This document shows positions 8,581 through 19,075 of a DNA stretch of 64,000 nt, in pieces (position 1 is the first letter of the stretch; each line of letters starts with the position of its first letter). The position numbers and the translations under genes are program-made. Where the stretch lies: assembly GCA_934162655.1 (NCBI GenBank), contig CAKPJL010000003.1:1714-65713 (forward strand), read 5' to 3'. The notes below the pieces were generated by a model. That model did not search any database and was not told the origin of the DNA. It worked only from the letters and a program-made list of their open reading frames with translations. The DNA is from an uncultured Clostridia bacterium. GTDB lineage: Bacteria > Bacillota > Clostridia > TANB77 > CAG-465.

Positions 8581-9795
8581 TTATATTGAAACTTGATCAG
8601 AATCGTCATGATTATGTATTTTTGATTTAGTATCATTAATTCCTTTATCCATTCTTTCACTAATTTGTATTGCTTTATTTTTAATTGATTTTTGTATTTC
8701 AACTTTTACATCACGGCCAAAATCTACTGCTAAATCGAATTTACTTTTAACGCCTTCTTTTATGTTATTTGTGCCTTCTTTTAATTTACCTACAAAAGAA
8801 TCTTTTAATTCTCCTGCCTTTTCCTTTGTTTTTTCTCCAAATATTATAGCTCTTTTTTTAGAATCGCAGATAAATTGTTTTGATTTATCAACTATTTTAT
8901 CTTTACTACTCTCATACTGTTTTGTCATTGTTTCAACATAAGTTGGTAATTTTTCTTTTACAAATTGTTCTACTTTCTTGCTAAATGGCTTTAATACATT
9001 TTGGCTTACTTTTTTACATTTACCTTTGGCACCAAGTAACTTAGAGCTAAAAAAGCCTTTTACTCTATTCATAAATGAAGTATCTTCATTTATTATACTT
9101 AAACTATTATTTTTATAAATGCGTGCATCATTTAATTCACTTCTTAAAAACTCTTTTAAGCTTTTATCCATATCCTCAAATCTTTTAATACGCATGTCAA
9201 GATCTTCAATTTCTTCTTTATTTTTTGAAAGTTTTTCGTCAACTTCATGTGATTTTTCTCTGTCAGAACACAAACTCTTTCTTTGCTCAACAAGTGGTTT
9301 AACTTCTTCAACATATTTTAAAATTGAATCTATATCGTCTGAGTTCGTGTTTAAATTCATTTCACTTATTTTTTCATCTAGTCTTTTTATCTCTTCGCCT
9401 ACTTCAGGATCTTCCTTACTTAGGCTAACTTTTTCTTGTTGTAATTCCTTTCTCTTTTTTAGTTTTTCAGCCTTGCTAACATTACAACTCAATATTTCAA
9501 GTCTACAATCACTACGCAATTTTTCATTTTCACTATATATTTTAGAAATTTGCTCTCTATATTCATCAATAACTCTTTTTCTTTCTTCTCTTACTTCCTC
9601 ATATTTTTTTGCATTTTCATCAATACCTAGCTTCAAAGAAGATATAGAATCATCTATAAAAATTTTTGCTTTTCCTACATTTTCATCTAACATTTCTTTT
9701 GATTCCATCTTAGCTAGCTGTATTTTTAACTTAGCTAAATCACTTGAAGACTTAACTATTTTTCCTAATATTTCACTTAATTTTTTATCTTCCAT
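8581..9795 (-). CDS. Hypothetical Lys/Glu-rich coiled-coil protein
   Basis: 404 aa, no TM segment, heptad-like K/E/L-rich composition throughout. RBS GAGGTAGGG precedes the ATG. Confidence 0.55.
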   Translation of the reverse strand: MEDKKLSEILGKIVKSSSDLAKLKIQLAKMESKEMLDENVGKAKIFIDDSISSLKLGIDENAKKYEEVREERKRVIDEYREQISKIYSENEKLRSDCRLEILSCNVSKAEKLKKRKELQQEKVSLSKEDPEVGEEIKRLDEKISEMNLNTNSDDIDSILKYVEEVKPLVEQRKSLCSDREKSHEVDEKLSKNKEEIEDLDMRIKRFEDMDKSLKEFLRSELNDARIYKNNSLSIINEDTSFMNRVKGFFSSKLLGAKGKCKKVSQNVLKPFSKKVEQFVKEKLPTYVETMTKQYESSKDKIVDKSKQFICDSKKRAIIFGEKTKEKAGELKDSFVGKLKEGTNNIKEGVKSKFDLAVDFGRDVKVEIQKSIKNKAIQISERMDKGINDTKSKIHNHDDSDQVSI

Positions 9796-9817
9796 ATACC
9801 CTACCTCAAATTCTTAA

Positions 9818-9961
9818 TTAAAATTCACAATATGTTTTTGCTATTTGTTCATATGTTTCCTTATTTCTTTCAACTTTTTTTATTAATTCCATTAATTCTT
9901 CTTTTGATAGTAGTTCAATATTATAAATTTTACCATCAACTTCAATCATATTATCTTCCAT
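9818..9961 (-). CDS. Small hypothetical protein (47 aa), below the ORF-track cutoff
   Basis: ATG at 9961 preceded by GGGAGGTATGT. Translation MEDNMIEVDGKIYNIELLSKEELMELIKKVERNKETYEQIAKTYCEF. Packed between the coupling-protein gene and the coiled-coil gene. Confidence 0.5.
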   Translation of the reverse strand: MEDNMIEVDGKIYNIELLSKEELMELIKKVERNKETYEQIAKTYCEF

Positions 9962-9973
9962 ACATACCTCCCA

Positions 9974-11869
9974 CTATTCTTCACTACCATTTCCAAATAA
10001 TTCATCGAATTTCTTTTCAAGTTCTTTTTGCAAATCAAAATCTATATTCCTATTCTCTCCACCACTAGAATTAGAACTGCTTACATCATCGCTATATTTT
10101 TTTACTCTTTGCTCTCTTTTTTCCAAATGGCCCAAAACATCCATCGTATGTATTGGTGTGCCCTGTCTTTTGGGCATCTCATATATATTATGGATTTCAT
10201 ATTTTTTTACAACATCTTTTAGTGGGTGATATTTAAAGTAAAATGCTTTATCAGCAAGTATTGGTTTGCATCCCCTTACAAGTAGTATTTCTTTATTTGG
10301 ATTTAGCCTTTTAATCTCATCAACTGTCATAAGGTCTCTTCCCTGGCGTTGTTCACTAAACGAAACTCCCTGTTTTGTCATCTCATCTTTATCTTTGCTT
10401 ACGGATCTATTTTGAACCTTAATAGTTTTTTGTCCTAAACTTTTATTAATATACTCACAAGTTTTTATTGCCTGGCTTCCCAAAAATATTTGAGTATCAC
10501 AGTTACCAATAATGTTTTCATATGTATCTTTATATAATCCTTCCAACTGGTCCAAACTTTGTACAACTATTGACATACTCATACCTAAACTACGAGTTGT
10601 GCTTAATTTTTTATTGAAGTCAGGAATTTGTCCTATATTTGCAAATTCATCTAGTAAAAAGTATACTTGGTTTTTTAGCATTCCTCCATTTTTATTTGCT
10701 TGTGAATATAAAACTTGTAACATCTGACTAAAAAATATTGTTAAAATATAATCATATGTACTATGGTCAGCTGGTGTAATAACATATAGAGCTGTCTTTT
10801 TATTTCCAAGTTCTTCAAAATCTATACTATTAGTTGTAGTTAATTTTTGCATATTTGGAGTATCAAAATGTGTTAATTTTGATACAAGTGATATTGCAAT
10901 AGATTGTTTTGTTTTATCTGCACCTACCCTAATACCCTCATATTCTTTTCTACCTGGATGTTCAGGTTTTAGTTCATCAACAAAGAGCTTATCAAATATA
11001 GATTCATCTGCTCCACCTTGCCTTACTATATTTAAACAACTTGATAAATTTTGTTCCTCTTCTGGAAGTACAGATATAACATAATATATACAAGCTTTAA
11101 GTAACATTTTAGCCGTATTATCCCAGAAAGGGTCTGCAGAACCACCTTTATTTTCCCCACTGTTCACAATAGTATGTGCTATTATATCAACATCTGCATG
11201 ATCCCTTATATGTGCTAGTGGATTGTATCTATCACTAAATTCAGGATCATCAACTAAGTCTAACACTTTTACATTATATCCATTTGCCTCTAAAAATTTA
11301 GAAGTTTCACGGTAAAGTTCACCTTTTGGATCAGTTATTACATAAGACCCCAACATTTGCATAATATTTGGTTTTATGTAACATGCGGATTTACCTGTAC
11401 CAGATCCACCAATAACCAAAATATTCTTATTTATTTTTACTTTTCTTAAATCAGTTCCAAGATAGTGCTTTTTACTAAGTATAAAACCACCATGTTTATT
11501 TAAATTCTCACTACCATCTGAATTTTTTCTAAATTCCTCACCATTTTTACTCCATTCACTTGAACCACTTTCTTTCCCGTCATACTCTGAATTTTTACTA
11601 TTTGTAAATCTCCAATAAAAGAAAGCTATATACATAACTACCATTGTTCCAAGTGACCATTTTAAAAACATAGAAAAGTTAGCAAATACACAATTTGCAA
11701 CAATAGAAAATGGATGCGAGTATACATTTCCTAAATTTCCAATTTTATCAATTACTCCACCCTCACCTACTGTTAGTGTCGTAAAAAATGGTGCTATAAT
11801 TATAATATCAAATACTAAAAACAAAATAAACATTGCAAGCATTTGTCTTTTAAAATCTAAATCTCTCAT
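9974..11869 (-). CDS. Type IV coupling protein, VirD4/TraG family
   Basis: 631 aa. Two N-terminal TM helices, Walker A VIGGSGTGKSACYIKPN, ITDPKGELY, PFWDNTAK, Walker B YFLLDEFANIG, and a C-terminal acidic tail. Confidence 0.85.
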   Translation of the reverse strand: MRDLDFKRQMLAMFILFLVFDIIIIAPFFTTLTVGEGGVIDKIGNLGNVYSHPFSIVANCVFANFSMFLKWSLGTMVVMYIAFFYWRFTNSKNSEYDGKESGSSEWSKNGEEFRKNSDGSENLNKHGGFILSKKHYLGTDLRKVKINKNILVIGGSGTGKSACYIKPNIMQMLGSYVITDPKGELYRETSKFLEANGYNVKVLDLVDDPEFSDRYNPLAHIRDHADVDIIAHTIVNSGENKGGSADPFWDNTAKMLLKACIYYVISVLPEEEQNLSSCLNIVRQGGADESIFDKLFVDELKPEHPGRKEYEGIRVGADKTKQSIAISLVSKLTHFDTPNMQKLTTTNSIDFEELGNKKTALYVITPADHSTYDYILTIFFSQMLQVLYSQANKNGGMLKNQVYFLLDEFANIGQIPDFNKKLSTTRSLGMSMSIVVQSLDQLEGLYKDTYENIIGNCDTQIFLGSQAIKTCEYINKSLGQKTIKVQNRSVSKDKDEMTKQGVSFSEQRQGRDLMTVDEIKRLNPNKEILLVRGCKPILADKAFYFKYHPLKDVVKKYEIHNIYEMPKRQGTPIHTMDVLGHLEKREQRVKKYSDDVSSSNSSGGENRNIDFDLQKELEKKFDELFGNGSEE

Positions 11870-11897
11870 ATATCAAAACCTCTTATAAAAATATAAA

Positions 11898-12227
11898 TTA
11901 AATTAACATGTCATCTCCACTATTTAAAATATCATCTATACTTTTTTCCTCTTTTACTTGTTGTTTTTCTTCTTCAGTTACTTCTTTTTCTTCATCGTCA
12001 TTTATTTTTTTAATTTCTTTCTCATCAACAGACACTGGTATTTTTTTATCGCCTTCTATTACTTCTATTTTCTTTGCTATAATTTCTTTTTCTTTGTCTT
12101 TTTCTTTTTTTCCTTTAATATCTATACTTCCTATTTGTGCTGATGCTTTAGAATTTACTTTTAGTTCATATTGTCCGTCTTTACTTAGTACATCTAAACT
12201 AATAGCATTAACTGTTACTTCACTCAT
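11898..12227 (-). CDS. Hypothetical acidic K/E-rich protein
   Basis: ORF 11898..12242. The second ATG (12227, MSEVTVNAISLD...) is preceded by GGAGGAAATTAAT. Confidence 0.45.
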   Translation of the reverse strand: MSEVTVNAISLDVLSKDGQYELKVNSKASAQIGSIDIKGKKEKDKEKEIIAKKIEVIEGDKKIPVSVDEKEIKKINDDEEKEVTEEEKQQVKEEKSIDDILNSGDDMLI

Positions 12228-12252
12228 ATTAATTTCCTCCATAATTTTATAT

Positions 12253-12771
12253 CTAATTTAGTTTTAACTCAAGTACCACATAAGGTTTATTTGGCATAAT
12301 CTTACATCTTCCTTTAACATTGCCTGTTTTTTCATCCATATAAAGCGTTGGTTTTACTTCATTTCCACTTTCAGTATCAATTATTGCAAAATTTCTTTTC
12401 AAGTTTGGCGTATATTCTACCTCTTTATACTCAATTCCTTCTTGATTTAAAATTGAACCGTATTTTAGAGGTATATTACTTTCTTTAATATTAAATCCAC
12501 TAGATGTAAGTTCGCCTGTACTAAGTATTGCTTTTGAAGGTGTAAGTGTTAAAAGTACCATTAAATCTTTATTAGTGCCATTCTCATTTATAACATTAAA
12601 TAATTTCTTACTTTGACCATTTACATCAACTGTGACAGGATCAACTTTTTGTAGTGATAACATAGTGCCTCCATTATTTAGTGCGTCTTCATCTTTATTT
12701 ACTACAAAAGCAATAGTATTCATTCCAGGCATATCCATTATTTCAAATTTATTTGATTTTAAAAAATCCAT
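12253..12771 (-). CDS. Hypothetical protein (172 aa)
   Basis: Intact ORF with RBS AAGAGGAAG. No signal peptide and no recognisable motif. Confidence 0.5.
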   Translation of the reverse strand: MDFLKSNKFEIMDMPGMNTIAFVVNKDEDALNNGGTMLSLQKVDPVTVDVNGQSKKLFNVINENGTNKDLMVLLTLTPSKAILSTGELTSSGFNIKESNIPLKYGSILNQEGIEYKEVEYTPNLKRNFAIIDTESGNEVKPTLYMDEKTGNVKGRCKIMPNKPYVVLELKLN

Positions 12772-12791
12772 AGATCTTCCTCTTTTCTATA

Positions 12792-14630
12792 TTAACTTTG
12801 TCCACTAACTGCTGGTGCTACCTTTGCTACTCCAACTCTTACTGTTTTAGTTTGAGCATTATAGACATCTTTTGAAAGATATCTTGTTTCAATTACTTGA
12901 CCATTTAATTTTTTTATAAAATACGCTTCTGATGCATATCCATTTACACCATTATATACAACTTGTTGTTGTCCTTCTGGCATAGAAGCATCTTGAATAT
13001 ACTCAGTTTTATAATTTACAGTATATAAGTAATTAGACTTAAGTTCTATATCATATTCTACTTCTTCACGAGTTCCATAAAAGCTTATATTCATTTCTCC
13101 AGAACTACTAAATGATGTAACTATCTTTAATGGATAATTTCTAGTATTTTTAAATTTAAAATCAAGTACATCACCATAAACTGTGGCATCTAGACTTGGT
13201 CTAACATATCCAACTGGCAAACCATGTGCATGTCTTTCAACTATTTCAAGATTTGCAAGTAATGCTACATTGTATAGTGTTGAACTTGTTTGACAAATTC
13301 CTCCACCCATTTCATTTACTACTCTTCCACCTTTAAATATTGCAGCTGACATATATCCTTTAGCAGCAGTTGTATCTCCTATAATAGCATTATAAGAAAA
13401 TACTTCACCTGGCATTATAATTTTGTCATTTAAGTATCCAAGTGCAACTTTTAAATTATTAGCCCTCGCATATTGACTAGCATCAAAGTATGTAGTAAGT
13501 CCTGCTATCTTTTCTAGACATAAATCATAAGATAAATCTCTTAATTTAACCTCTGGAGCTATAAAATTTAACTCAAATTCAATTTCTTTTCCTTCTACTT
13601 TATTTTCTTCTTTATCTAGTAGACTTTGAAGTGCATTTACATCAAAATCTATTCCATATATTTCGTTAGTTATTTCAATAGGTTTTTTTGAAGTATCTAC
13701 ACTAGCATCTCTTGGCTCTCTTTTTACACCCTCATATATTTTTGAAGCACTTAATCTGTCAGGTATTTTATCATAGACTTGAAGTATTATTTCAGTGCTT
13801 TCACCAATTTTTATCTTATCTAATATCTCTTTTTTAGTATTTTCATAATCAAGAGATTTTCCAGTAGTTCCTCTTTTTATAATAAGTTTTTTATTTACCT
13901 CATCCACATTATAAGAGTCTTCTACAAATCTGCCATCAATTTCAACATCTAAATTTTTTAAAAATTCATCTAATACTTCCTCTTTGTACTTATAAATAGG
14001 GTCTATATTAACTTTATTAAATAGAGCTTTTAGTATGTTAAAATTATTAACAAATATATTTTTTTCTCTACCAAAAGAGAAAATTTCTTTTATCACGGCA
14101 TCCTTATCTATTTGTAAACCAATCTCCTTAGAATTTAGAGATCTTAATTTTTTATCTTCTTGATAAAAATCAATATTAATTTCCTTTGAAAGCTTATCAT
14201 TTTCAGCATCAATTACTTTTGATACTTCATCTGATGAAAAAGAAGACAAATCATGACCTAGTAAAAATACGTTCTTGTATACATTATTATTTACTTTGTT
14301 TACACAAACTATAACTCCAAAAGATATAATAAGAATTAATAATACACAAATAGATATTATCAATGCTATCATTTTTTTTGACATTTTTTTAGTGCTTCTT
14401 ACAGTTGTGGAAATTTTATTATTTTTTTCCTCTACTTTTTCCTCTTCTTGTTCTATTTTAGTATCTGTTTGCTCAACTGTTTTACTTTCCTCTGCTACCG
14501 CTTCTTTTATATCTTCTTTCTCTTCTTTTTTTATTTCATTTAATTTTTCTTCAGATATAGTTTCAACTTGAATAGTTTCCCCGGCTTCTACGCTATTATT
14601 TTTTACTTTTTCATCCTCACTATTTTCCAT
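12792..14630 (-). CDS. VanW family protein with C-terminal G5 domain
   Basis: 612 aa. Acidic N-terminal tail, one TM helix, VanW core GGGICQTSSTLYNVALLANLEIVERHAHGLPVGYV. G5-like end YIQDASMPEGQQQVVYNGVNGY...TKTVRVG. Confidence 0.8.
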   Translation of the reverse strand: MENSEDEKVKNNSVEAGETIQVETISEEKLNEIKKEEKEDIKEAVAEESKTVEQTDTKIEQEEEKVEEKNNKISTTVRSTKKMSKKMIALIISICVLLILIISFGVIVCVNKVNNNVYKNVFLLGHDLSSFSSDEVSKVIDAENDKLSKEINIDFYQEDKKLRSLNSKEIGLQIDKDAVIKEIFSFGREKNIFVNNFNILKALFNKVNIDPIYKYKEEVLDEFLKNLDVEIDGRFVEDSYNVDEVNKKLIIKRGTTGKSLDYENTKKEILDKIKIGESTEIILQVYDKIPDRLSASKIYEGVKREPRDASVDTSKKPIEITNEIYGIDFDVNALQSLLDKEENKVEGKEIEFELNFIAPEVKLRDLSYDLCLEKIAGLTTYFDASQYARANNLKVALGYLNDKIIMPGEVFSYNAIIGDTTAAKGYMSAAIFKGGRVVNEMGGGICQTSSTLYNVALLANLEIVERHAHGLPVGYVRPSLDATVYGDVLDFKFKNTRNYPLKIVTSFSSSGEMNISFYGTREEVEYDIELKSNYLYTVNYKTEYIQDASMPEGQQQVVYNGVNGYASEAYFIKKLNGQVIETRYLSKDVYNAQTKTVRVGVAKVAPAVSGQS

Positions 14631-14672
14631 AAAACACTCTCCTAATGGTTTACATATAAATATTCATATTTT

Positions 14673-14701
14673 AGTATATTACATATATTACAAATTGTCA
14701 A
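14673..14701 (-). promoter_or_regulatory. Sigma-A type promoter for the VanW-family gene
   Basis: TTGACA, 17 nt, TATACT on the minus strand, about 40 nt upstream of the start codon. Confidence 0.5.
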
Positions 14702-14721
14702 CCTAATTATAGTGAAATTAT

Positions 14722-14758
14722 ATAAAAATAAAGAGATAATTACAAAAATCATCTCTTT
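14722..14758 (-). terminator. Terminator after rnpB
   Basis: AAAGAGAT / ATCTCTTT stem (extendable with one mismatch), followed by ATTTTTAT on the minus strand. Confidence 0.55.
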
Positions 14759-14764
14759 ATTTTA

Positions 14765-15098
14765 TAGTAAATTTGTAAGCCGGATTCTGTTTCAAATAGT
14801 CATTTATCTAGAATGTATATCACTATACATTTCAAGCCACCAACCACGGAAGATGACGGGCCGTCTTAGCCTTCCTATCTTGGTGTTGCACCAGGTGGGG
14901 TTTACACTGCAAATATGTCACCATAAATGCCTGTGAGCTCTTACCTCACATTTTCACCCTTACTATTAAAAATAGCGGTTATTTTCTGTTGCACTTTCCT
15001 TAAAGTTTCCTTCACTAGACGTTATCTAGCACCCTTGCCCTATGGTGTCCGGACTTTCCTCTTAAAATCAAAGTTTCAAGCGACTATATCATCTACTA
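14765..15098 (-). ncRNA. rnpB: RNase P RNA
   Basis: The minus strand carries GAGGAAAGUCCGGAC (P4 5' strand), AAGGGUGAAAAUGUGAGGUAAGAGCUCACAG and ACAGAAUCCGGCUUAC (P4 3' strand). Ends are set by the P1 pairing UAGUAGAU/AUUUACUA. Plus-strand ORFs 14712..14936 and 14927..15127 are shadows of this RNA. Confidence 0.93.
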
Positions 15099-15141
15099 AT
15101 ATTAATTATAGCACAAAATACAAATAAAATAAAGCATTTTA

Positions 15142-15951
15142 TTAAAATATTACCTCTGTACCACCAGTTCTAATTGCTCTTACAAAAAATCTTGTTCCAT
15201 CACTTGGATTATCACTATCACAAGTATAAATTTGTAATTGTTCACCTCCATAATAAGTTATTAGATTTTTTTGGTTATCTATATCAAGCAAAGTTGTTCC
15301 ATGAACATTTAGCTTTGCCTTTTTGGCCTCAGTAACTGTATAATAAAAATTGCCGTAATTCGTGCTAATTGTTATAATACTACCCAACTTTATATTTTTT
15401 AATCTTCCAAGTGATTTATAGTTATGACCTCCCATTAATATAGGTCTACCAAAACCTGGTAGCATAGGATTTACATATACACTAGATATAGCATCTTGCA
15501 TTGCTATATCATAGCTATCGACCAAACTTTGAGTAAGACCAAATACCACCCTTGTGTATATTTGACAAGATGGTATGCTAATAGTAGCAAATAGATCACC
15601 AATATTTGGAATTTTTATTTGACTCGCATTTATTTTTGTTATACTATTAAGTTTATTAGTATTATATAAAGAACTACTATCAGCTTTTTTAGGTTCTTCA
15701 AGAAGTTTTTTATATACTTTTTCAACATAAAGTTCTTTGCTTTCTTGAGGTGTATCACTTGTTTCAAGTTCTACTTCATAATACTTAGAAACCTGTGATA
15801 TTCTAAGCCTTCTAATATTATCACTAACTTTTGGAATTATTGTTATTCTTGTCCCCTTGCAAGCACTATCAAGGTATTTACTTATAAGTATTACAATAAA
15901 TATATAAATTATTCCACATACTATTTTTTTAATATCTCTTTTTTCTTGCAA
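15142..15951 (-). CDS. Sortase-family transpeptidase-like protein
   Basis: 269 aa, TTG start behind GAGGTGA, N-terminal TM anchor. Sortase-like layout: ILMGGHNY (His), GSIITISTNYGNFYYTVTE, LQIYTCD (TLxTC-like Cys), TRFFVRA (Arg). No LPXTG-type substrate was seen in the window. Confidence 0.5.
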   Translation of the reverse strand: MQEKRDIKKIVCGIIYIFIVILISKYLDSACKGTRITIIPKVSDNIRRLRISQVSKYYEVELETSDTPQESKELYVEKVYKKLLEEPKKADSSSLYNTNKLNSITKINASQIKIPNIGDLFATISIPSCQIYTRVVFGLTQSLVDSYDIAMQDAISSVYVNPMLPGFGRPILMGGHNYKSLGRLKNIKLGSIITISTNYGNFYYTVTEAKKAKLNVHGTTLLDIDNQKNLITYYGGEQLQIYTCDSDNPSDGTRFFVRAIRTGGTEVIF

Positions 15952-16002
15952 TACATTGTCACCTCACGCTAAATTCATTATATATTTAATAAATAAAAAA
16001 AT

Positions 16003-16038
16003 CAATAAAAAAGCACTTAATTTTAAATCAAGTGCTTT
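16003..16038 (-). terminator. Terminator after 16052..16372
   Basis: AAAGCACTT / AAGTGCTTT 9-bp stem, followed by TTTTATTG on the minus strand. Confidence 0.65.
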
Positions 16039-16051
16039 ATGTTAAAATTAA

Positions 16052-16372
16052 TTAGTATCTAAGATAAATATTAGGACCTGCAAATTCAGCTGTTATACCA
16101 TACTTTTCTTTTATATTTTTTATAAACCTAAGTTTATAGATTGCAATTGCTCCCTCCTTAATTGTAAGATTATCAAAATTTACATTATGGTCTGAAAACA
16201 TTGCATTCATTTTTGAAAATTCACAACACTTAAGTTCTTCGTCTGGTTTGCTATATGCATCTACGGCACCTAAGAATTTAATCTCTTTTTGTGCTAAAAA
16301 TACATACCATCTTCCTTTAGGGCATTGTTCCTTTACCATTTTTTCAATTCTTAGGGTAGCAGTATTTTTCAT
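16052..16372 (-). CDS. Hypothetical protein (106 aa)
   Basis: Intact ORF with RBS TAGGAGGAT, its own promoter and its own terminator. No recognisable motif. Confidence 0.5.
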   Translation of the reverse strand: MKNTATLRIEKMVKEQCPKGRWYVFLAQKEIKFLGAVDAYSKPDEELKCCEFSKMNAMFSDHNVNFDNLTIKEGAIAIYKLRFIKNIKEKYGITAEFAGPNIYLRY

Positions 16373-16424
16373 ATTATCCTCCTAAAATAGTTATTTTGGA
16401 ATTTGCTTTATCATAGCAATTTAT

Positions 16425-16453
16425 AGTATAGCATTATAAAGCTCTATTGTCAA
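16425..16453 (-). promoter_or_regulatory. Sigma-A type promoter for 16052..16372
   Basis: TTGACA, 17 nt, TATACT on the minus strand, directly downstream of the gyrA terminator. Confidence 0.5.
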
Positions 16454-16470
16454 CATAATTTTAATAAAAA

Positions 16471-16497
16471 TAGGATTTAGTAAAAAACTAAACCCTA
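16471..16497 (-). terminator. gyrA terminator
   Basis: TAGGGTTTAGT / ACTAAATCCTA stem, followed by TTTTTATT on the minus strand. Confidence 0.65.
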
Positions 16498-16502
16498 CTG
16501 CT

Positions 16503-18944
16503 TTATTCTTCATCTTCTTTTGGAAGTTTTGCTATATTTATTACTTTTGAACCATCAGAAGTTCTCATTAATGTTACGCCTTGTGTATTTCTTCCAAGTA
16601 CACTAATATCTTTTACATTAATTCTTATTATAACTCCACTGTCTGTAATCATCATAACATCATCTGTATCATTTACGATTTTTATACCAATAATGTGACC
16701 AGTCTTAGAAGTTGTTTTATAAGTTAGTACACCTTTACCAGCACGAGCTTGTGTCCTATATTCTTCAACTTCTGTACGTTTACCAAATCCATTCTCAGTT
16801 ATTGCTAAAATATATGCGTTATCTGAAACTACTGGTTCCATTCCGACAACCTTGTCATCTTTTGAAAGTGTTATTCCCTTAACCCCCATAGATGTTCTTC
16901 CCATTGGTCTTACATCTGTCTCATCAAAACGTATAGAAAGACCACTACGAGTAACCATTACTACATCACTTTTACCATCAGTAAGTCTTACATCGATTAG
17001 TTCATCGCCGTCTTTAAGTGTAATTGACTGAATTCCTGATTTTCTTATATTACTGTACTCTTCAAGTTTAGTCTTTTTAATAATACCATCACGTGTAGCC
17101 ATAAGCACATAAACATCTGCTGTATAATCCTCAACTGGCATTACTGCTGCAATCTTTTCACCTTGTGATAATTGTAATAAATTTACTATTGCAGTTCCTT
17201 TTGCTGTTCTTGAGGCTTCTGGAAGTTCATAAGCTTTAAGCCTAAATACCCTACCAAGATTTGTAAAAAACATTATATAATTGTGAGTTGAAGTTATAAA
17301 TAAATGCTCTACAAAGTCTTCCTCACGTGTACTCATAGCAGTAAGACCTTTACCGCCACGTTTTTGGCTTCTGTACACATCTGCTGCTATACGTTTTATA
17401 TATCCTGCATGAGTTAGTGTAACTACATTAGTCTCTTCTTTTATTAAACTCTCAACATCTATTTCACCTGCTGCATGAGTTATTTCTGTTCTTCTTTCAT
17501 CGCCATATTTTTCTTTTAACTCTAGCAACTCATCTTTTATTATTTGTTTTACTAATGCTTCACTGCCAAGAATTTCTTTTAATTTTTTTATAAGCTCAAT
17601 TAAGTTCTTATATTCTTCTTCTATTTTTTCCCTTTGTAATCCTTGCAAAGTTCTTAATTTCATTTCAAGAATTGCTGTAGCTTGAATTTCAGAAAGGCCA
17701 AAAGCTTTCATAAGTCTTTGACAAGCATCATCATACGCTGCCCTTATAATTTTTATTATTTCATCTATATTATCAATTGCTATTCTTAGCCCTTCTAAAA
17801 TATGAAGTCTAGCTTCGGCTTTTTTTAAATCAAACTTTGTTCTACGAATAACAATCTCTTCTCTATGCTTTATGTAGCAAGCAAGTATTTCATTTAATTT
17901 TAAAACCTTAGGTTGTCCATCAACAAGTGCAAGCATAAGCATAGATTGTGAGCTTTGAAGTTGGGTATGTTTATATAATTGATTTAACACCACATTTGGA
18001 TTAGCATCACGTTTTAGATCAATTACGACTCTTATTCCTTCTCTATCTGACTCATCTCTTAAATCAGATATTCCCTCAATAACCTTATCAGAAACAAGCT
18101 TTGCAATATTTTCTACCATTGCAGCTTTATTTACTTGATATGGTATCTCTGTCACTACAATCTTATATCTTCCTTTAGCATCTTCTTCTATTTCTGCTCT
18201 TGCTCTTATACATACTTTTCCTCTACCAGTTGTATAAGCATCTCTTATACCATCTTTTCCAAGAATTAAAGCACCTGTTGGAAAATCTGGCCCTTTAATA
18301 TAATTCATTAGCTCTTCATTTGTTATATCTTTATTATCAAGTTGTGCTATTGTACCGTTAACTACTTCTGTCAAATTATGAGGTGGTATATTACATGCCA
18401 TACCAACTGCTATACCATATGCACCATTTATAAGTAAAAATGGAAGTTTTGCAGGTAATACAGATGGTTCCTTAAGTCTATCATCATAGTTTGGAACCAT
18501 ATCAACAGTTTCTTTATCTAAATCTTGAAGCATTTCTAGAGAAATCTTCTTTAATTTAGCCTCTGTATACCTCATGGCAGCTGGTGGATCGTTGTCAACA
18601 GAACCAAAATTACCATGTCCATCTACTACCGGATATCTTAGTGAAAAATCTTGTGATAATCTAACAAGTGCATCATATATTGCAGCATCACCATGTGGAT
18701 GGTAATTACCCATAACATCTCCTACGATACTTGCTGATTTTCTATATGGTTTTTCTGGCCACAAGCATAATTCATTCATAACATATAAAATTCTTCTATG
18801 TACTGGTTTTAGTCCATCTCTTACATCTGGAAGTGCACGAGATACTATAACACTCATAGCGTAATCTATATATGATCTTTTCATTTCTTCTTCTAGCACT
18901 ACTGGAACTATTTTTCCTTCGTTTTTTACCTCATTTTCGTTCAT
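16503..18944 (-). CDS. gyrA: DNA gyrase subunit A
   Basis: 813 aa. [31 protein letters not shown], active-site region [10 protein letters not shown], GyrA-box-like QKRGGKG, and C-terminal beta-pinwheel repeats. Confidence 0.93.
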   Translation of the reverse strand: MNENEVKNEGKIVPVVLEEEMKRSYIDYAMSVIVSRALPDVRDGLKPVHRRILYVMNELCLWPEKPYRKSASIVGDVMGNYHPHGDAAIYDALVRLSQDFSLRYPVVDGHGNFGSVDNDPPAAMRYTEAKLKKISLEMLQDLDKETVDMVPNYDDRLKEPSVLPAKLPFLLINGAYGIAVGMACNIPPHNLTEVVNGTIAQLDNKDITNEELMNYIKGPDFPTGALILGKDGIRDAYTTGRGKVCIRARAEIEEDAKGRYKIVVTEIPYQVNKAAMVENIAKLVSDKVIEGISDLRDESDREGIRVVIDLKRDANPNVVLNQLYKHTQLQSSQSMLMLALVDGQPKVLKLNEILACYIKHREEIVIRRTKFDLKKAEARLHILEGLRIAIDNIDEIIKIIRAAYDDACQRLMKAFGLSEIQATAILEMKLRTLQGLQREKIEEEYKNLIELIKKLKEILGSEALVKQIIKDELLELKEKYGDERRTEITHAAGEIDVESLIKEETNVVTLTHAGYIKRIAADVYRSQKRGGKGLTAMSTREEDFVEHLFITSTHNYIMFFTNLGRVFRLKAYELPEASRTAKGTAIVNLLQLSQGEKIAAVMPVEDYTADVYVLMATRDGIIKKTKLEEYSNIRKSGIQSITLKDGDELIDVRLTDGKSDVVMVTRSGLSIRFDETDVRPMGRTSMGVKGITLSKDDKVVGMEPVVSDNAYILAITENGFGKRTEVEEYRTQARAGKGVLTYKTTSKTGHIIGIKIVNDTDDVMMITDSGVIIRINVKDISVLGRNTQGVTLMRTSDGSKVINIAKLPKEDEE

Positions 18945-19012
18945 TATATTACCCCCATATAAAGTCTAGCTTAATTATACAGGAATTTTTTTAAAAAAGC
19001 AAGTTAAAATTA

Positions 19013-19040
19013 TTGAAAAAATAATAATTTATGGTATAAT
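19013..19040 (+). promoter_or_regulatory. Sigma-A promoter with extended -10 for the DnaJ-like gene
   Basis: TTGAAA, 16 nt, TGgTATAAT, about 35 nt upstream of ATG 19076 (RBS AAAGGAG). Confidence 0.55.
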
Positions 19041-19075
19041 TGAAAATACAATAAGAGGCATAAAAGGAGTAATAT

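Noticed and set aside
9119-9817. 232-aa plus-strand ORF, and similar ones at 11908..12261, 14275..14571, 35263..35574, 38612..38971 and 5556..5867.
   Set aside because: All are Ser/Phe/Leu-rich low-complexity translations lying antisense to Lys/Glu-rich or otherwise well-supported minus-strand genes. They lack an RBS and any motifs, so they are shadow ORFs typical of AT-rich DNA.
14712-15127. Two overlapping plus-strand ORFs (74 and 66 aa).
   Set aside because: They overlap the minus-strand RNase P RNA, whose conserved P4 and J11/12 sequences explain the region completely.
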